This document shows, piece after piece, positions 19,620 to 29,866 of a stretch of 64,000 nt of DNA. Under the pieces are notes generated by a model. It did not search any database. It was not told where the DNA came from and worked only from the letters and a program-made list of their open reading frames with translations. Position 1 is the stretch's first letter; every line of letters begins with the position of its first letter. This DNA is from Prevotella sp. (GTDB lineage Bacteria > Bacillota_I > Bacilli_A > ML615J-28 > CAG-313): assembly GCA_023665755.1 (NCBI GenBank), contig JAMPDF010000001.1, forward strand, positions 344,181 to 408,180, written 5' to 3'. Both the position numbers and the translations under genes were made by a program.

Positions 19620-19963
19620 TATTCTAAGCCTATATAATAAATCTTGTAAAAGCGCCCCATATCCTTTGTGGAAAGTTCAATGTAAGACACTATGCGCTTT
19701 TGACCTGAAAATTCGAGCATATCGCCACTTTCTATTTTGTCGGCATAATTATTTAGAATTGTGCTTTCAACGATAACACTGCTCGAAAATCGCCCTGATT
19801 TCAAGCCTTCCACAATCGTTGTAGATTCTGTTCTCGCATTAGTATAACTTTTCACAGCAATAGGATAAAATGATGCAGAATGACCAATCACTTCGCCATC
19901 TTCACTAATAATCTTCTTTCTTAGTTTTGCATTTGGTATCATCAATAAAGCCCCCTGTAACAA
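19619..19963 (-). CDS. Head-tail joining protein (hypothetical).
   Basis: 114 aa. Position in the array. Confidence 0.3.
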   Translation of the reverse strand: MLQGALLMIPNAKLRKKIISEDGEVIGHSASFYPIAVKSYTNARTESTTIVEGLKSGRFSSSVIVESTILNNYADKIESGDMLEFSGQKRIVSYIELSTKDMGRFYKIYYIGLE

Positions 19964-20316
19964 AAGCCATATTGTTTAAGCTTATTTTTAACAGAAGGAG
20001 CAATGTATCTGTTTTCTACTTCTTCCACAGGAATAGTTGTGCCTGTTGCAATATCTAAGGTGCTAACTGTTCTATAGTCGTAAGTATTGAGAACGTAATA
20101 CATTTGCTCTAAGATTGCTTGGTCAAATACACTCTTTTGCCTTTCTTTTAAATTGTCATAATTAAATCGAATATTAAAATTGTTGCAAAATAAAATAAGC
20201 ATTTCTTTTTGTTGTTCAAAAAAACGCTGCACTTTGTTTTGAGGAAAATCTCCATCAGGTAATACATTTTCAAGATCAATACCGTATTTTTCTAAAAATT
20301 GTTGACTTATTTTCAT
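19942..20316 (-). CDS. Head-tail connector-like protein.
   Basis: 124 aa, immediately after the major capsid gene. Confidence 0.3.
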   Translation of the reverse strand: MKISQQFLEKYGIDLENVLPDGDFPQNKVQRFFEQQKEMLILFCNNFNIRFNYDNLKERQKSVFDQAILEQMYYVLNTYDYRTVSTLDIATGTTIPVEEVENRYIAPSVKNKLKQYGFCYRGLY

Positions 20317-20350
20317 AAAGCCTCCTTTTTAAAGCAAGAAAGAGGCTTTT

Positions 20351-21229
20351 TTAAGCCTCTTTTGCTGCTGATGTTCTTGCAGGATCTGCTGCTGATTTGT
20401 GAACAATGACTGCTTTTTCTGCTCCTGGTTCTACCCAGCAATCGAAATAAATACCAATATCTACTTGTGATCTTCTTCCACCAAATCCTGGTATTTTGTC
20501 AAAGTATACATTTTCTTGATATTTGGGCATAAATGCAATTGCTGCATTTGGAGCTAAAATATAGTCGACATTTTCAGGAAAATATTTGTCTGGGATTTGT
20601 TTAATCTTTACCTTTATGTTGTCGCCATATGTTTCGACATTTGCGCTTAAATCTCCATTCCAATTTCCAAGTGAAATTGATCCTGTTGCTTTAGCTGCTT
20701 GTTTTAATTTTCTTGCAGCAGATGTTTTGATGTTCAAAACTACAGCTTCTGCTACGCCTAAATCAAATAAATAATCTATGTCAGCATCTAAAGCTGCTTC
20801 AATATTATCTTTGGTTAATGCGCTAGTATTAGTTTTTACTCCTGTCGTTGAAGCAACGTTTTGAATATTGTATTTGTCTACATATGGAATTAAAATCGTA
20901 TTTTCATACTTTTTGCCTTGAGAAACAATTTCAATACCTTGCGCTTCCTCTCCATCCATTTTGTCAATTACCAAAGAATTACCTTTATCTTGGGTTAATG
21001 TCTTTTCAACCCATCCTGAATTAATGTCAATTCTTTTATAACCTGTTTCTCTGTCAAAGTCGCCTAGCGTTTCAGAACCAAATGTTGTTTGTCTATATTT
21101 TACTGTCCTAGCTCCAACAGCTACATTTGGTTTTAGCCAATCATAGGTAAATGATCTTGCTTGGAATATTTTCGCTAATTCTGCGTCGTTATTTAAGTAT
21201 CTTACTGCACTTTCAATGTTGTTTGGCAT
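20351..21229 (-). CDS. Major capsid protein.
   Basis: 292 aa, directly downstream of the scaffold gene. Size and position are typical. Confidence 0.5.
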   Translation of the reverse strand: MPNNIESAVRYLNNDAELAKIFQARSFTYDWLKPNVAVGARTVKYRQTTFGSETLGDFDRETGYKRIDINSGWVEKTLTQDKGNSLVIDKMDGEEAQGIEIVSQGKKYENTILIPYVDKYNIQNVASTTGVKTNTSALTKDNIEAALDADIDYLFDLGVAEAVVLNIKTSAARKLKQAAKATGSISLGNWNGDLSANVETYGDNIKVKIKQIPDKYFPENVDYILAPNAAIAFMPKYQENVYFDKIPGFGGRRSQVDIGIYFDCWVEPGAEKAVIVHKSAADPARTSAAKEA

Positions 21230-21252
21230 TTTGTTTTTTCTCCTTTTTTATT

Positions 21253-21816
21253 TTATAAATTTCTAAATGCTGCAAACTCGTCTGTTTTGCCATCTGTTCC
21301 ACCAACTTGTTTGCCATGTTCTGAACCCACACTCTTTGGGACTTGATTGTTAAAAAGCCAATCATTGTCTTTCTTGATTTGCGCAATTTGTTCGTCTAAT
21401 CCTGTGTACTTCCCGTCTTTAAACTCACATTTGCTTAAATCAAGCATTCCTTTTAAGGCATTTGCGTTTTTAGCTCCACTTTTACCAAGTACTGATTCAA
21501 GTGTGTAGTCTTTTTGCATCTGAAGAACTTTGGCATCGTGTTCTTCTTTTGCTTTCGTGTTTGCTGCTTGTAGTTCAGCAATTTGTTTGGTAAGTTCTTC
21601 ATTTCCTTTAGCTGCTTTTTGAAGTTCCACAAGTTGAGAATCTCTGCTAGCAATTTGATTCCTTAATTCCTTGTTGTTTTCGTTTACCTCATCAAATCGA
21701 GCTTTTGGAACGTAGTCCTTTCCTTCAGCAAAGAAATAATCCTTGCCCTCAAATTTTGAAGAGATTGTTTTGTACAATTCTTCGCCTAATACTTGTTTTA
21801 AATTTTCTAATGACAT
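21253..21816 (-). CDS. Phage scaffolding protein (DUF4355-like).
   Basis: The N-terminus LGEELYKTISSKFEGKDYFFAEGKDYVPKARFDEVN and the coiled-coil body resemble scaffold proteins. RBS AAAGGAGAAAA. Confidence 0.55.
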   Translation of the reverse strand: MSLENLKQVLGEELYKTISSKFEGKDYFFAEGKDYVPKARFDEVNENNKELRNQIASRDSQLVELQKAAKGNEELTKQIAELQAANTKAKEEHDAKVLQMQKDYTLESVLGKSGAKNANALKGMLDLSKCEFKDGKYTGLDEQIAQIKKDNDWLFNNQVPKSVGSEHGKQVGGTDGKTDEFAAFRNL

Positions 21817-21996
21817 AATTTTCTCCTTTCGTTTTTTAACGTGGTACGACCACGAAATAGATTAGTTATTCATGCTTTTAACGTGTTTTGCTCACGAGGT
21901 ATAATAAAAGACCCCATTGCTGGAGTCTTGTTATTATTAAGAAGGCACAGGTAGGCGAAAGAGAATACCTACCTGAGATAGTTTAATGCCTTGTCT

Positions 21997-22022
21997 AGGG
22001 CAAAAAGAAAAGAACGCAAAAT
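21997..22022 (-). terminator. Rho-independent terminator after the small gene 22038..22328.
   Basis: AAAGAACGC..GCGTTCTTT hairpin followed by TCTTTTTG on the minus strand. Confidence 0.45.
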
Positions 22023-22037
22023 AAGCGTTCTTTAATA

Positions 22038-22328
22038 CTATAAATCTGTATAATCTTCAAAATATTTTCTGTTTTCTTTTGTCATTGTTATTTCACCATC
22101 TTTAATTGCTTTTTCTAAAATCTCAATCTTTTTTTCTATATAATCTGGATTCCCATTTTCTGTTTTTAGCATTGTTAGTAATTTATTTTGCAATTCAGAA
22201 TATGGAACAAACATATAAAATTCTAATGACAACCAATCTAATAAAGTTTGTCCACCTTCTTCATATGCCGTTTGTTTCATAATTTCGCAAATATTATCAC
22301 CTGGTTTTAAAATTTCATCATTTTTCAT
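22038..22328 (-). CDS. Small acidic protein overlapping the 3' end of the MuF-like gene. It is a candidate immunity protein.
   Basis: 96 aa. Its start overlaps the MuF-like gene stop by 11 nt. Confidence 0.4.
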   Translation of the reverse strand: MKNDEILKPGDNICEIMKQTAYEEGGQTLLDWLSLEFYMFVPYSELQNKLLTMLKTENGNPDYIEKKIEILEKAIKDGEITMTKENRKYFEDYTDL

Positions 22329-24363
22329 TTTTAATCCTTTCTAGAGCAATGTCCTTATATTTTTCCAAAGAATCATATGTTTTTGGGAACAACTTCTTAA
22401 ATTCATCTAATTGTTCATTTGCATTTTTAACTTTTAAAGCCATAAAATTTGCAAACAATTCAGCAGATATAGTTTCCAAATCTCTAAATGCAGAACCATG
22501 TCCCCAACTTACACCATATCCTTTTCTTATATTTTCTTTTGATGTTGCTCTTCCATATGTCATTGCATCTATCATATCATAAAATAATATATTTTTGTTT
22601 TCTTCCTCTCCATTTTTTAAATTTAATGCATTTTCTTTTATTTGTTCATATTCCTTTTTACTGTATTTTTCAGCCTCTTTACTATATTTCATTATTTCTC
22701 TTACTTGCAATTTATTTGGGTTTTCAAGAATTTTCCCTTCTTTAACAACACATCCACTTAATTCACTTAATTTAGAATCATATAGTTCTTGGGCTAATTT
22801 AGAATTATTTGTTTTCCATTCAAAACTTTTTTTCTGAGTTTCTAAAATTTTGGGTGTAATTTTTCCAAACAATTCTTTTATTCTTTCGCCTGTATAATCA
22901 TCAAAAGTCTCTGCAGTAAGTGAATTTTTTAATTCTTCAGTTGAACCTATTCTTCCTAAATAAAATGACCCATCTTGCTCTTGGGCTAATTGATCTATAT
23001 AATGTCCTATTTCGTGATATGCAGTCATTTTACCTTCAAATGTATCTGTGTTGTTAATAGAAATTGTATTACCTTGCTGATAAGCTCTTTTGGATGAATG
23101 TATAAATTTTAAGTCTTTATTTTTAGAACCAACAAGATTGTATAATTCAGCAACAATTTTATCATTTGTTTGTACATTTTCAAATGCTTTATTTACCCAT
23201 TTATCATCTTTTAGTTTTCCAGTAATTTCTATTTTTACAGGCTCTATTTTAATTATATTATTTGTTTCCTTGTTGCCAAAGGGGTTTATTCTATTCTGTC
23301 TTTCTTCATCACTAATTCTTGTGCGCCATCTGTAGAAAGCACGTCCGTTCTTGATTGAATACTCTTCGTATCTCTTGTTCAAATTCTGCCACTGCTTGCG
23401 CATTTTAGATGCTTCTTCAGTAAAGCCTTGCTGCCTTAATAGTGTTTCAGTTGTCTTTTTGTGGCGAATCTCATTCTCATACTGTCTTTGCCTTTGGTCG
23501 ATTCTGTATTCCTTTTGAATTTCCTTTGATGTGAAATGTCTAGGAGCAACACTACCTTTTTCCCATTCGATGAGATAATGCCTGCAATTATAGCCATTGA
23601 TGATGGAATTACCACCATTTGCATTTAAAGCATTTTCTATTGGCTCGTATTTAATACCATCAATTGTGCCACTTGTTCCATCTAAACTCCAAAGCCTACC
23701 TTGAAAAGGAGCACAACGGGGCGATGCATCCGCATGACTACTTGTCCATACCAACTTGATGCCTAAAGCCTTGTACTGCTCCAAATCTTTCATATTTGCT
23801 TCGTATCTTACAGCCATTTCCACTTTGTTACGAAGACTAATTGCTCTACCATCTTTAGCAATATACTTCACAGGCTCGCTTGCAAGAAGTTTGGTTTGTT
23901 CAATAACTTTGCTGTCGTAATCCTTAATCAATGCTAAGCCTTTTTTAGCGTTGCTAATGCGATTTCTAAATTCTGTGATAACTTTTCTTTGATTAATGTT
24001 TCCGTTTAAATATTCGGCGTAAATTGCCGTCAAATCAACAGTATAAGTGTTGTTACTAAGTGTTGTTCCTGTTCCTACAGGAAATGCCTTAATAACTTGA
24101 TTGATAAACATTTGATTGACAATTTTCATGTTGTAGTTATACTCATACAACATTTTATTTGCTGATTGAATCAAATTTCTGCGAAATACTGCTTGCGTTT
24201 GCTCATTCGCAAATCTCATACAGTAATTATTAATTACAGCCTGTATCTGCTTTTGGCTTGCTCCGCTGATAATAAGCTTCTTGATTTCTAGTGTTGCTGT
24301 TTCGAGTAAGACTAGTTGTTCGCCAGCTACATTTTGGCTTGGGCTATTGAGTATCCTCGCCAT
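22318..24363 (-). CDS. Minor head protein with an N-terminal SPP1 gp7 / Mu F-like domain and an extra C-terminal domain (about 300 aa) carrying an HEIGH zincin-like motif.
   Basis: 681 aa. The MuF-like block WTSSHADASPRCAPFQGRLWS lies downstream of the portal. The C-terminal part contains MTAYHEIGHYIDQ. Confidence 0.6.
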   Translation of the reverse strand: MARILNSPSQNVAGEQLVLLETATLEIKKLIISGASQKQIQAVINNYCMRFANEQTQAVFRRNLIQSANKMLYEYNYNMKIVNQMFINQVIKAFPVGTGTTLSNNTYTVDLTAIYAEYLNGNINQRKVITEFRNRISNAKKGLALIKDYDSKVIEQTKLLASEPVKYIAKDGRAISLRNKVEMAVRYEANMKDLEQYKALGIKLVWTSSHADASPRCAPFQGRLWSLDGTSGTIDGIKYEPIENALNANGGNSIINGYNCRHYLIEWEKGSVAPRHFTSKEIQKEYRIDQRQRQYENEIRHKKTTETLLRQQGFTEEASKMRKQWQNLNKRYEEYSIKNGRAFYRWRTRISDEERQNRINPFGNKETNNIIKIEPVKIEITGKLKDDKWVNKAFENVQTNDKIVAELYNLVGSKNKDLKFIHSSKRAYQQGNTISINNTDTFEGKMTAYHEIGHYIDQLAQEQDGSFYLGRIGSTEELKNSLTAETFDDYTGERIKELFGKITPKILETQKKSFEWKTNNSKLAQELYDSKLSELSGCVVKEGKILENPNKLQVREIMKYSKEAEKYSKKEYEQIKENALNLKNGEEENKNILFYDMIDAMTYGRATSKENIRKGYGVSWGHGSAFRDLETISAELFANFMALKVKNANEQLDEFKKLFPKTYDSLEKYKDIALERIKNEK

Positions 24364-26032
24364 CGTCGTCTACTCCTATATTTCCATCTGTGTTAAATTC
24401 CATTTGCAAAAGCGTTGGGTCTTCCATACCCATGTTGTTTTCAAACTTAATCTTTGTGACTTCATCGAGTATTTGATCATCTGTCCAATCAGGATGAAGC
24501 TTTTTGACACAGGTCTCAACTGATGCTAATCCGCTTGTTTTAGCAGTTGCCCATCTTGTTATGACATTCGTTTCATCTTCTACTACATACTCGCCAAAAT
24601 CAAATGTAATATCCGCATTGTCAAAGTTTACTTCTTCTACATCTAATCCTTCTTGTTTTGCTCCAGCTTTCTTGACAAGCCAATTGTTGAAAGCAAGAAG
24701 TTGTAAAGTTAACTCACTTAAGAAAGGTTTCCAATAGTTGTTGATTTTATCTTTTCTAGTTTCAAGAGTTACCCTATTTCGTTCCTTTTGTGATTGTTCT
24801 CCAGCATTAATTGCCTCAAGCCCTGTAATACCTAAAGCAAGAGGGGATAATCCTGCAAGATTAATCGCAGTAATTAAGCAATTCTTGTATTTTTCAATCA
24901 ATGATACTGTCTTATCGTCAATTGTCTGTATGAGCATTTGATTATTGGCGTTTTGATCCATACTGCCACCTACTAATTGATAGTTGGTAATAAATGCCAT
25001 ATCTATTGCAAGTTCGTTTCCATCTTCGTCTTTAGGTATCATTGAAGTTGGCATATAACGAATGGTCTTGTTGTTTCTAATTTCGCTTACTAACTCGCTA
25101 TATGCCTCGTCTAATGCATCGAAGGAATCAATTGCACCTTGATAATCACTCGCTCCATAAACAGAACCTGGAAATTCATTATTTGGCTTTTTGTTTGGCT
25201 TGTGGAAAGCAATCATTCCTTTTAAACCTTCAAATCGATAATACTCTTCTAATTCGGCAGTTTGAGGAATAGTCGTTAAAGGTACTTCCTTTTCTTTGCC
25301 ATCAACAAGGATTTGATAAAGCGTATTTACAATCAGTGCATCGCCGTTTTCATCAGTGGTGTATTTTTCTTCATATCGATATTTTTCCTTTTGTTCTGTC
25401 ACATACCTTGTTTTAAAAATGATGGCTGTGGTGACACCTCGTTCAACAATTGCTTCTGCTTGTGTTAAGTCGCTAGCTTCAATAATTGGATATTGGCTCA
25501 AGTCTAAGTTGTAGTTAAATTTGATAAACCCCTCACCACACCAAGATTCTTTTACTGCGGTAAGATGAAACACCTCTTTAGCCTTTGTTTTGTCAAATAG
25601 AGCGTTTAAAACGTCTTGAGCCTTATTGCTTTCTTCCTCGTTCTTATCTTTTGAAATTTGCCCATCTTCGGCTTTATAAACAGTTACCTCAGGCTTAAAT
25701 CCAGCCCCAAAAATAATAGTACCCATTTTGTTGGATATCAATTTTGGTATGCCTGTATGACGTTTAATTGTTTTATCTAAAGCGAGCTGCCAAAAGTAAT
25801 TTAAATTTGAAGAAAACGGATTCTTTATGTAAAAGGCACGAATTAAGTCGCTATTCCCTGTATTCCATATTTGGTATTCTTGAATTTTCCTTGTAAAGTA
25901 ATTCTTTCCTAATACGTTGCTTAAATCTACTACTTGTTCTGCATCGTAATTATCTTGTCTTTTGATCATATTTAAATCTCTCCTTAATTTGTCCAGTCTC
26001 TTCTTTGTGAAATAATCCTTGATTCTTCCCAT
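24344..26032 (-). CDS. Portal protein.
   Basis: 562 aa between TerL and MuF, as in SPP1-like head modules. Confidence 0.55.
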   Translation of the reverse strand: MGRIKDYFTKKRLDKLRRDLNMIKRQDNYDAEQVVDLSNVLGKNYFTRKIQEYQIWNTGNSDLIRAFYIKNPFSSNLNYFWQLALDKTIKRHTGIPKLISNKMGTIIFGAGFKPEVTVYKAEDGQISKDKNEEESNKAQDVLNALFDKTKAKEVFHLTAVKESWCGEGFIKFNYNLDLSQYPIIEASDLTQAEAIVERGVTTAIIFKTRYVTEQKEKYRYEEKYTTDENGDALIVNTLYQILVDGKEKEVPLTTIPQTAELEEYYRFEGLKGMIAFHKPNKKPNNEFPGSVYGASDYQGAIDSFDALDEAYSELVSEIRNNKTIRYMPTSMIPKDEDGNELAIDMAFITNYQLVGGSMDQNANNQMLIQTIDDKTVSLIEKYKNCLITAINLAGLSPLALGITGLEAINAGEQSQKERNRVTLETRKDKINNYWKPFLSELTLQLLAFNNWLVKKAGAKQEGLDVEEVNFDNADITFDFGEYVVEDETNVITRWATAKTSGLASVETCVKKLHPDWTDDQILDEVTKIKFENNMGMEDPTLLQMEFNTDGNIGVDDDGEDTQ

Positions 26033-27417
26033 CTGTCCACCTTCTTCTTTTCATTCTTTACTGCACTAAGTAATGCTTTCATATGAACGGTTAAGGCATA
26101 TTCAATTGAGTCAATAATATCGTTGTGACGTTCGTTATTGTCTTCTCTTTCCTTGCCCTTGCCCTGTTCTTTCCATTTGGCAATCAAAAAGGCATTGTAA
26201 GAATCAATGCCTTCATTTGTGTTATTAAATAAAAATCTTCCCATTGATAACAATGCGATACCTAAATCTATTCTATCTTTGATTGTTGCCTTGTAAGATG
26301 CAATAACCTCTATACCATATCTTCTAAACATCGTGTTTAAATCAATGATAAAATTCTGTTCTGCGCTATCTACTGATATACACTCAATATACTTGCCTTG
26401 CTCTTTCCATTTAATCACTGTTGCAAGGATAATTTCTTTTTTCTTGTCATAGCCACATTGTTGAAATGTCATTTTATCGACCACACCAACATATTCATAG
26501 TTTCTTGTAAATCCCACTAAAGAAACAGAATTTTGAGCCTTTGTAGCTCCTATATCAATTCCAACAACAAATTTATTAAACAATCCTTTATATTCCTTGC
26601 TGCTAAAATCCTTGATATGCTTTTCTTTGGACATGTAATCATTGTAGATTAATTCACCCCAAGAACCACGTTCGCCAAGAATTTTGCAGGTATGGTAATA
26701 TGATCCAACAGGATACATTCTACTTGCTCTTTCAATCTTTGCTTCTGTCATAATTGGGTTGTCTTTCATTGTCCAATGCTGTAAATACCATCCTGGATCA
26801 TTTGGCACTTGGTTCATTTCCATTTGAATGGAAAGAGGCGCAGTTCCAATTATCTTGCAACGATTAATATATTTTTGGTAGATATAATGCTGTGGTTGGT
26901 CTCCATTTAATGTCCAAATCATAAGTGGTGAATCAACTGATGCTGTTCTTGCAAAGCATTCGTCGATAAATTGCTCATTTGCGTTGTTTACCTCATCTAT
27001 TAGAATAACACCAAGCGTCTTTCCTAGTATCTTTTTCCATTTCGATTTATCAGCATAGCTAGCAAGTAAGATTTTCTTTTCTTTTGGCTTGCCATATAAA
27101 TCACATTTAACTGATACATAATTGCCACCTATCTTATCTTTCACCAAAGAACAGTATTCAGGATACATTTCAAGTAGACCAAAACCATCGCTTTTTAAGA
27201 TGTTGTCCATTATGGCATCCATATCCTGTGCAACAATTGCATGTAATATCTTGTCGCTGTTTTGTACAGCCTCAAAAAACTCTTGTATTGCAGTAACTGT
27301 TTTGGATGAACGAATAGCACCTTCATGAACGTGTAAATAGGTATTTGGCTTTAAACCTATAGCAATAGCATCAAGTATTTTGTCGTTGTATTGAAAGCTA
27401 TTCATCGTCAATTCCAT
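25984..27417 (-). CDS. Terminase large subunit.
   Basis: 477 aa. Walker-A-like HEGAIRSSKT. The C-terminal nuclease-like half has acidic residues. Position after TerS. Confidence 0.7.
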   Translation of the reverse strand: MELTMNSFQYNDKILDAIAIGLKPNTYLHVHEGAIRSSKTVTAIQEFFEAVQNSDKILHAIVAQDMDAIMDNILKSDGFGLLEMYPEYCSLVKDKIGGNYVSVKCDLYGKPKEKKILLASYADKSKWKKILGKTLGVILIDEVNNANEQFIDECFARTASVDSPLMIWTLNGDQPQHYIYQKYINRCKIIGTAPLSIQMEMNQVPNDPGWYLQHWTMKDNPIMTEAKIERASRMYPVGSYYHTCKILGERGSWGELIYNDYMSKEKHIKDFSSKEYKGLFNKFVVGIDIGATKAQNSVSLVGFTRNYEYVGVVDKMTFQQCGYDKKKEIILATVIKWKEQGKYIECISVDSAEQNFIIDLNTMFRRYGIEVIASYKATIKDRIDLGIALLSMGRFLFNNTNEGIDSYNAFLIAKWKEQGKGKEREDNNERHNDIIDSIEYALTVHMKALLSAVKNEKKKVDRWEESRIISQRRDWTN

Positions 27418-27811
27418 CTATTTTTCTCGCCATCAAAGCTTCAAGAGTAGCATTGTGTGTAGGATTTTCTTTTATTTCTGCATCTATTTCTACTTTGTTT
27501 GGATTCTCTCCTACTAAATTCGTTAAATATTCAGCAGCTCTTGTATCGCCATTTGTCGCCTTAATCAATTGCCCTACAAGCATTGCCATTTGATTGTTCA
27601 TATCTTTCGCTTTTATTCCCATTTTCTCGAGTTTAGCAATTACTTTAGGATCTTTAACTTTAAGAGATAATAAAGCATCAGCAGCTTCTGCCATAGCTTT
27701 TCTTTTCCTTTTCGCCTTGCCACTTGCAATGCCACCATTGCGACCTCTCTCTCTTGCTTCTTCCGTGGTTCTTATGAGCTTTAAATTGTTAATATTTCCC
27801 TTATTAGGCAT
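27398..27811 (-). CDS. Putative terminase small subunit.
   Basis: 137 aa basic protein (RGRNGGIASGKAKRKRK) immediately upstream of TerL. Confidence 0.45.
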   Translation of the reverse strand: MPNKGNINNLKLIRTTEEARERGRNGGIASGKAKRKRKAMAEAADALLSLKVKDPKVIAKLEKMGIKAKDMNNQMAMLVGQLIKATNGDTRAAEYLTNLVGENPNKVEIDAEIKENPTHNATLEALMARKIDGIDDE

Positions 27812-28938
27812 TATTCAATCAACTCTGCTTTCTTTCCTGTCAATGTCTCCCAACGTTTGATAATAACGTCGCAATATTTAGGATCTAATTCCATCATATA
27901 GCATTTGCGATTTAACTGTTCACAAGCTATAAGAGTTGAGCCAGAACCACCAAATAAGTCTAGTATATTTTGTTTGCCATACAAACGAATATATTTAGCA
28001 CAAAGTTCAACTGGTTTCGAGTAACTTAACTCATTATCGTGGTCTTTCTTACCAATATAACACTTTGAATATGTTTCTTTTGGAAATCCTTTATTTGGAT
28101 TTTGTTTTCCTATAATTGCAATGTATTCGCAATCTGTCATCATATGACCTTTATAATTTGGAACAGTACAAAGTTTTTTATAAAAGCATAAATCGTAAGG
28201 TTTATTATTATTTTCTGCAAGTTCAATATATTTTTTAATCAAAGTTTTATTATGACAATATATATTTGTCTCACTTTGCAAAATAAGTTTTGATGGATCA
28301 AAAGCATCGACTTTATTTTCTCTAATCTGCTTCATAGAGTTTGCTTTTTTGAGTATTCCACCTCCTTGTGTTTTAAGTTGATAAGGTGGATCTGTAAATG
28401 TTAATTCGCATTTATTGCCATCAAGTAATTTGTCAATATCATTCTGTTCAAATGAATCACCACACATTAAACGATGCTCACCTAATTGCCAAATATCGCC
28501 AAGTTTAGTAATTGGTTCGTTTTCTTCATCAACTTGTGGCGCTTCATCTTCAATGATTTCCTTTTCTTCTTGTTCTTCCAGCATATCAAAACCAAAAATA
28601 GACATATCCAAATCAATGCCTTCTAATTCTAAATTTAATAAATCCATATCCCATTCAGCAAGCTCTGCTGTTTTGTTATCTGCTAGCCTAAATGCTTTGA
28701 TTTGTTCCTCGTTCAAATCGTCAGCAATAATAACAGGAACTTCTTTAAGTTTTAATTTCTTTGCAGCTTTGTATCTTGTATGTCCTGCCACTATTTCATA
28801 ATTACTATCTATGACAATTGGAACTTTAAAACCAAATTCCTTAATGCTTTCTGCTACTGCGTTTACTGCAGAATCATTCTTTCTTGGATTATTCTTATAA
28901 GGCTTTAATTTGCTAACCTCAATATTTAAAACATTCAT
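27811..28938 (-). CDS. ParB-like nuclease domain fused to a DNA N6-adenine/N4-cytosine methyltransferase.
   Basis: N-terminal ParB/Srx motif (KPYKNNPRKN..GHTRYKAA). TDPPY motif (LTFTDPPYQ). SAM-binding FGGSGST near the C-terminus. Confidence 0.75.
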   Translation of the reverse strand: MNVLNIEVSKLKPYKNNPRKNDSAVNAVAESIKEFGFKVPIVIDSNYEIVAGHTRYKAAKKLKLKEVPVIIADDLNEEQIKAFRLADNKTAELAEWDMDLLNLELEGIDLDMSIFGFDMLEEQEEKEIIEDEAPQVDEENEPITKLGDIWQLGEHRLMCGDSFEQNDIDKLLDGNKCELTFTDPPYQLKTQGGGILKKANSMKQIRENKVDAFDPSKLILQSETNIYCHNKTLIKKYIELAENNNKPYDLCFYKKLCTVPNYKGHMMTDCEYIAIIGKQNPNKGFPKETYSKCYIGKKDHDNELSYSKPVELCAKYIRLYGKQNILDLFGGSGSTLIACEQLNRKCYMMELDPKYCDVIIKRWETLTGKKAELIE

Positions 28939-29053
28939 TTTTGTTCCTCCTTCTTTTTAACGACAAAAAAAGCACAATTTCTTGCGCTTTTTGTTTAAAT
29001 AATATTTCACGATACCATTATAACATATGAAAGGTGCCATCGAGGTGCCATTT

Positions 29054-29527
29054 TTAAAAGTTTTTTAACTTTTTTTTCAAATTTTGATGAAATCTCTTTA
29101 TTTGCCTTAAAGAATAGTATTCTTGGCTATTTTTTCTAATCAATACTTGATTAAGTCGCTTGCCATAAATATACATTTCAACAAACAATTTCATTTCCAC
29201 ATCGTTGAACTCTTCTGCATATTCCTTAAAGTCCTTTTCCATACTTTCTAGAGCATTCTCTATTTTGCTTTTGTATTCTTCTTTAACACTAATTTCTTTA
29301 CTTAAAGAGATAAAGTCCTGATAAAAAGTGTTGATATCTTTCGTTTCCTTTAATACAGGAGCTTGTGCGTAGTCTATTCCTTTTAAGTTGTGGCAACCAC
29401 TATACAATTCTTGATTATATTTCTTTTTCATTACATTCAATTCTTGCTCCAAAGTAGATAGTTCAAGTTTTAGTTTCAAATATCGCATATAAAATCCCTC
29501 CTTGATTTCTTCTATCTCTCTATTCAT
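29054..29527 (-). CDS. Putative late-gene transcriptional regulator (ArpU/RinA-like position).
   Basis: 157 aa. Its C-terminus has a sigma-region-4-like helix. It sits just upstream of the packaging genes. Confidence 0.25.
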   Translation of the reverse strand: MNREIEEIKEGFYMRYLKLKLELSTLEQELNVMKKKYNQELYSGCHNLKGIDYAQAPVLKETKDINTFYQDFISLSKEISVKEEYKSKIENALESMEKDFKEYAEEFNDVEMKLFVEMYIYGKRLNQVLIRKNSQEYYSLRQIKRFHQNLKKKLKNF

Positions 29528-29753
29528 CTTTTCTCACCGCAAATTTAAATTCACTATTGGCTATATCATAATACTTATCTTTGGTTATATTTTCGTTTTC
29601 ATCCAGATACAACATTATTTTTAATTGAACTTTTACAAGTTTTTGCAGTTGAATATTATCATCGTAAAGTTGTTTATTTTTAATCCAAAGAGTACAAATA
29701 GTAATGATATAGATTACACTAACAATAATATTAATTATATTTTGTAAGCTCAT
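29520..29753 (-). CDS. Small membrane protein.
   Basis: 77 aa with one TM helix. Confidence 0.3.
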   Translation of the reverse strand: MSLQNIINIIVSVIYIITICTLWIKNKQLYDDNIQLQKLVKVQLKIMLYLDENENITKDKYYDIANSEFKFAVRKDE

Positions 29754-29866
29754 TTTTCTCCTCCCATCCTAGCTTTACAGCTAATCTGTATAAAAATTTC
29801 TTTTCTTTTGCCCAAAGAGCATTTACTCGATAATCGCTATCCTGCGCGATTATAAATTTAATTAAA

